Assembly (NCBI GenBank): GCA_963692945.1
Contig: OY843585.1
Location: forward strand, 810,001-842,000
DNA: 32,000 bases
DNA from: Bdellovibrionales bacterium
GTDB taxonomy: Bacteria > Bdellovibrionota > Bdellovibrionia > Bdellovibrionales > UBA1609
Reading direction: 5' to 3'
In this document: one piece after another, positions 31,781 through 32,000 of the stretch
Numbering within the stretch: the first letter of the stretch is position 1
Layout: each line of letters starts with the position of its first letter
The notes under the pieces: generated by a model
Told to the model about the DNA's origin: nothing
What the model saw: only the letters and a program-made list of their open reading frames with translations
Database searches by the model: none
Position numbers and translations under genes: made by a program

Positions 31781-32000
31781 TGTGTTCTTCTCTATGCTCT
31801 TTTATAAAAGATTCTTTTTCTTCTTTTGCGGGGGGCGATGTATTTTTATCCTCGCAAACAAAATCTAACTGATTGTGATCTTCATTAAACAAATTATAAT
31901 TTTCATTTTTTGTATCTTTAATAATTTCATTATTCAATAAAGAGTGATCTTCAAGTCTAATTCTAGTGTCTTCATTGATGTCCATTTCTAATTGATTTTC
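31755..32000 (-). CDS. Hypothetical acidic protein, probably partial (frame stays open to the window edge)
   Basis: The ORF track starts at the ATG at 31985, but the five codons upstream (ENQLE) contain no stop. The C-terminus overlaps the VirB8-like gene start. Confidence 0.3.
   Translation of the reverse strand, partial: ENQLEMDINEDTRIRLEDHSLLNNEIIKDTKNENYNLFNEDHNQLDFVCEDKNTSPPAKEEKESFIKEHREEHNEGQDVDI

Larger units (their letters stand above)
25582..32000. mobile_element. Left end of an integrative (probably conjugative) element inserted at tRNA-Leu; continues past the right edge
   Basis: A tyrosine integrase abuts the tRNA 3' end. It is followed by Xis, a DUF736-like protein, a T4 coupling protein, a Replic_Relax-like protein, an RHH protein and VirB8/9/10-like ORFs, all on the minus strand. 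The region looks more AT-rich than the flanking core genes by eye. Confidence 0.7.

Overview
AT-rich (by eye about one-third G+C) chromosomal segment from a Gram-negative bacterium. A low-GC Bdellovibrionota/Oligoflexia-like or host-associated lineage is only a guess. Left to right: (1) The 5' part of a fused gamma/alpha 2-oxoacid:ferredoxin oxidoreductase gene on the minus strand, whose first 98 nt plus 3 upstream nt are present as a perfect 101-bp triple tandem repeat. (2) Two tandem secreted ankyrin-repeat proteins. (3) A compact housekeeping block: serA, a small beta-barrel OMP, pyrE, uvrC, a small unknown ORF and the nfeD-SPFH pair. (4) A split Tad/Flp pilus locus. cpaF-cpaC lies on one side and flp, two tadE-like genes, a tadG-like gene, a cpaB-like gene and a TPR-like gene on the other. 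Two paralogous, highly repetitive secreted proteins of no family I recognise sit between the halves. (5) folD-gcvT-gcvH. (6) tRNA-Leu(UAG), immediately followed by the left end of an integrative, probably conjugative, element that runs off the right edge. It carries an integrase, an excisionase, a DUF736-like protein, a type IV coupling protein, a Replic_Relax-like protein, an RHH protein and small VirB10/VirB9/VirB8-like ORFs. The best candidate for something undescribed is the paralog pair at 14751-19458 inside the Tad locus. The two proteins share N- and C-terminal scaffolds, include a 189-bp block that is 100 percent identical, and have swapped central cassettes: Cys-bounded modules in one, Gly-rich elastomer-like and Gln-rich arrays in the other. 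Conserved upstream DNA blocks in front of both Tad operons support treating the region as one unit. All functional calls come from motif recognition by eye; no database search was possible.
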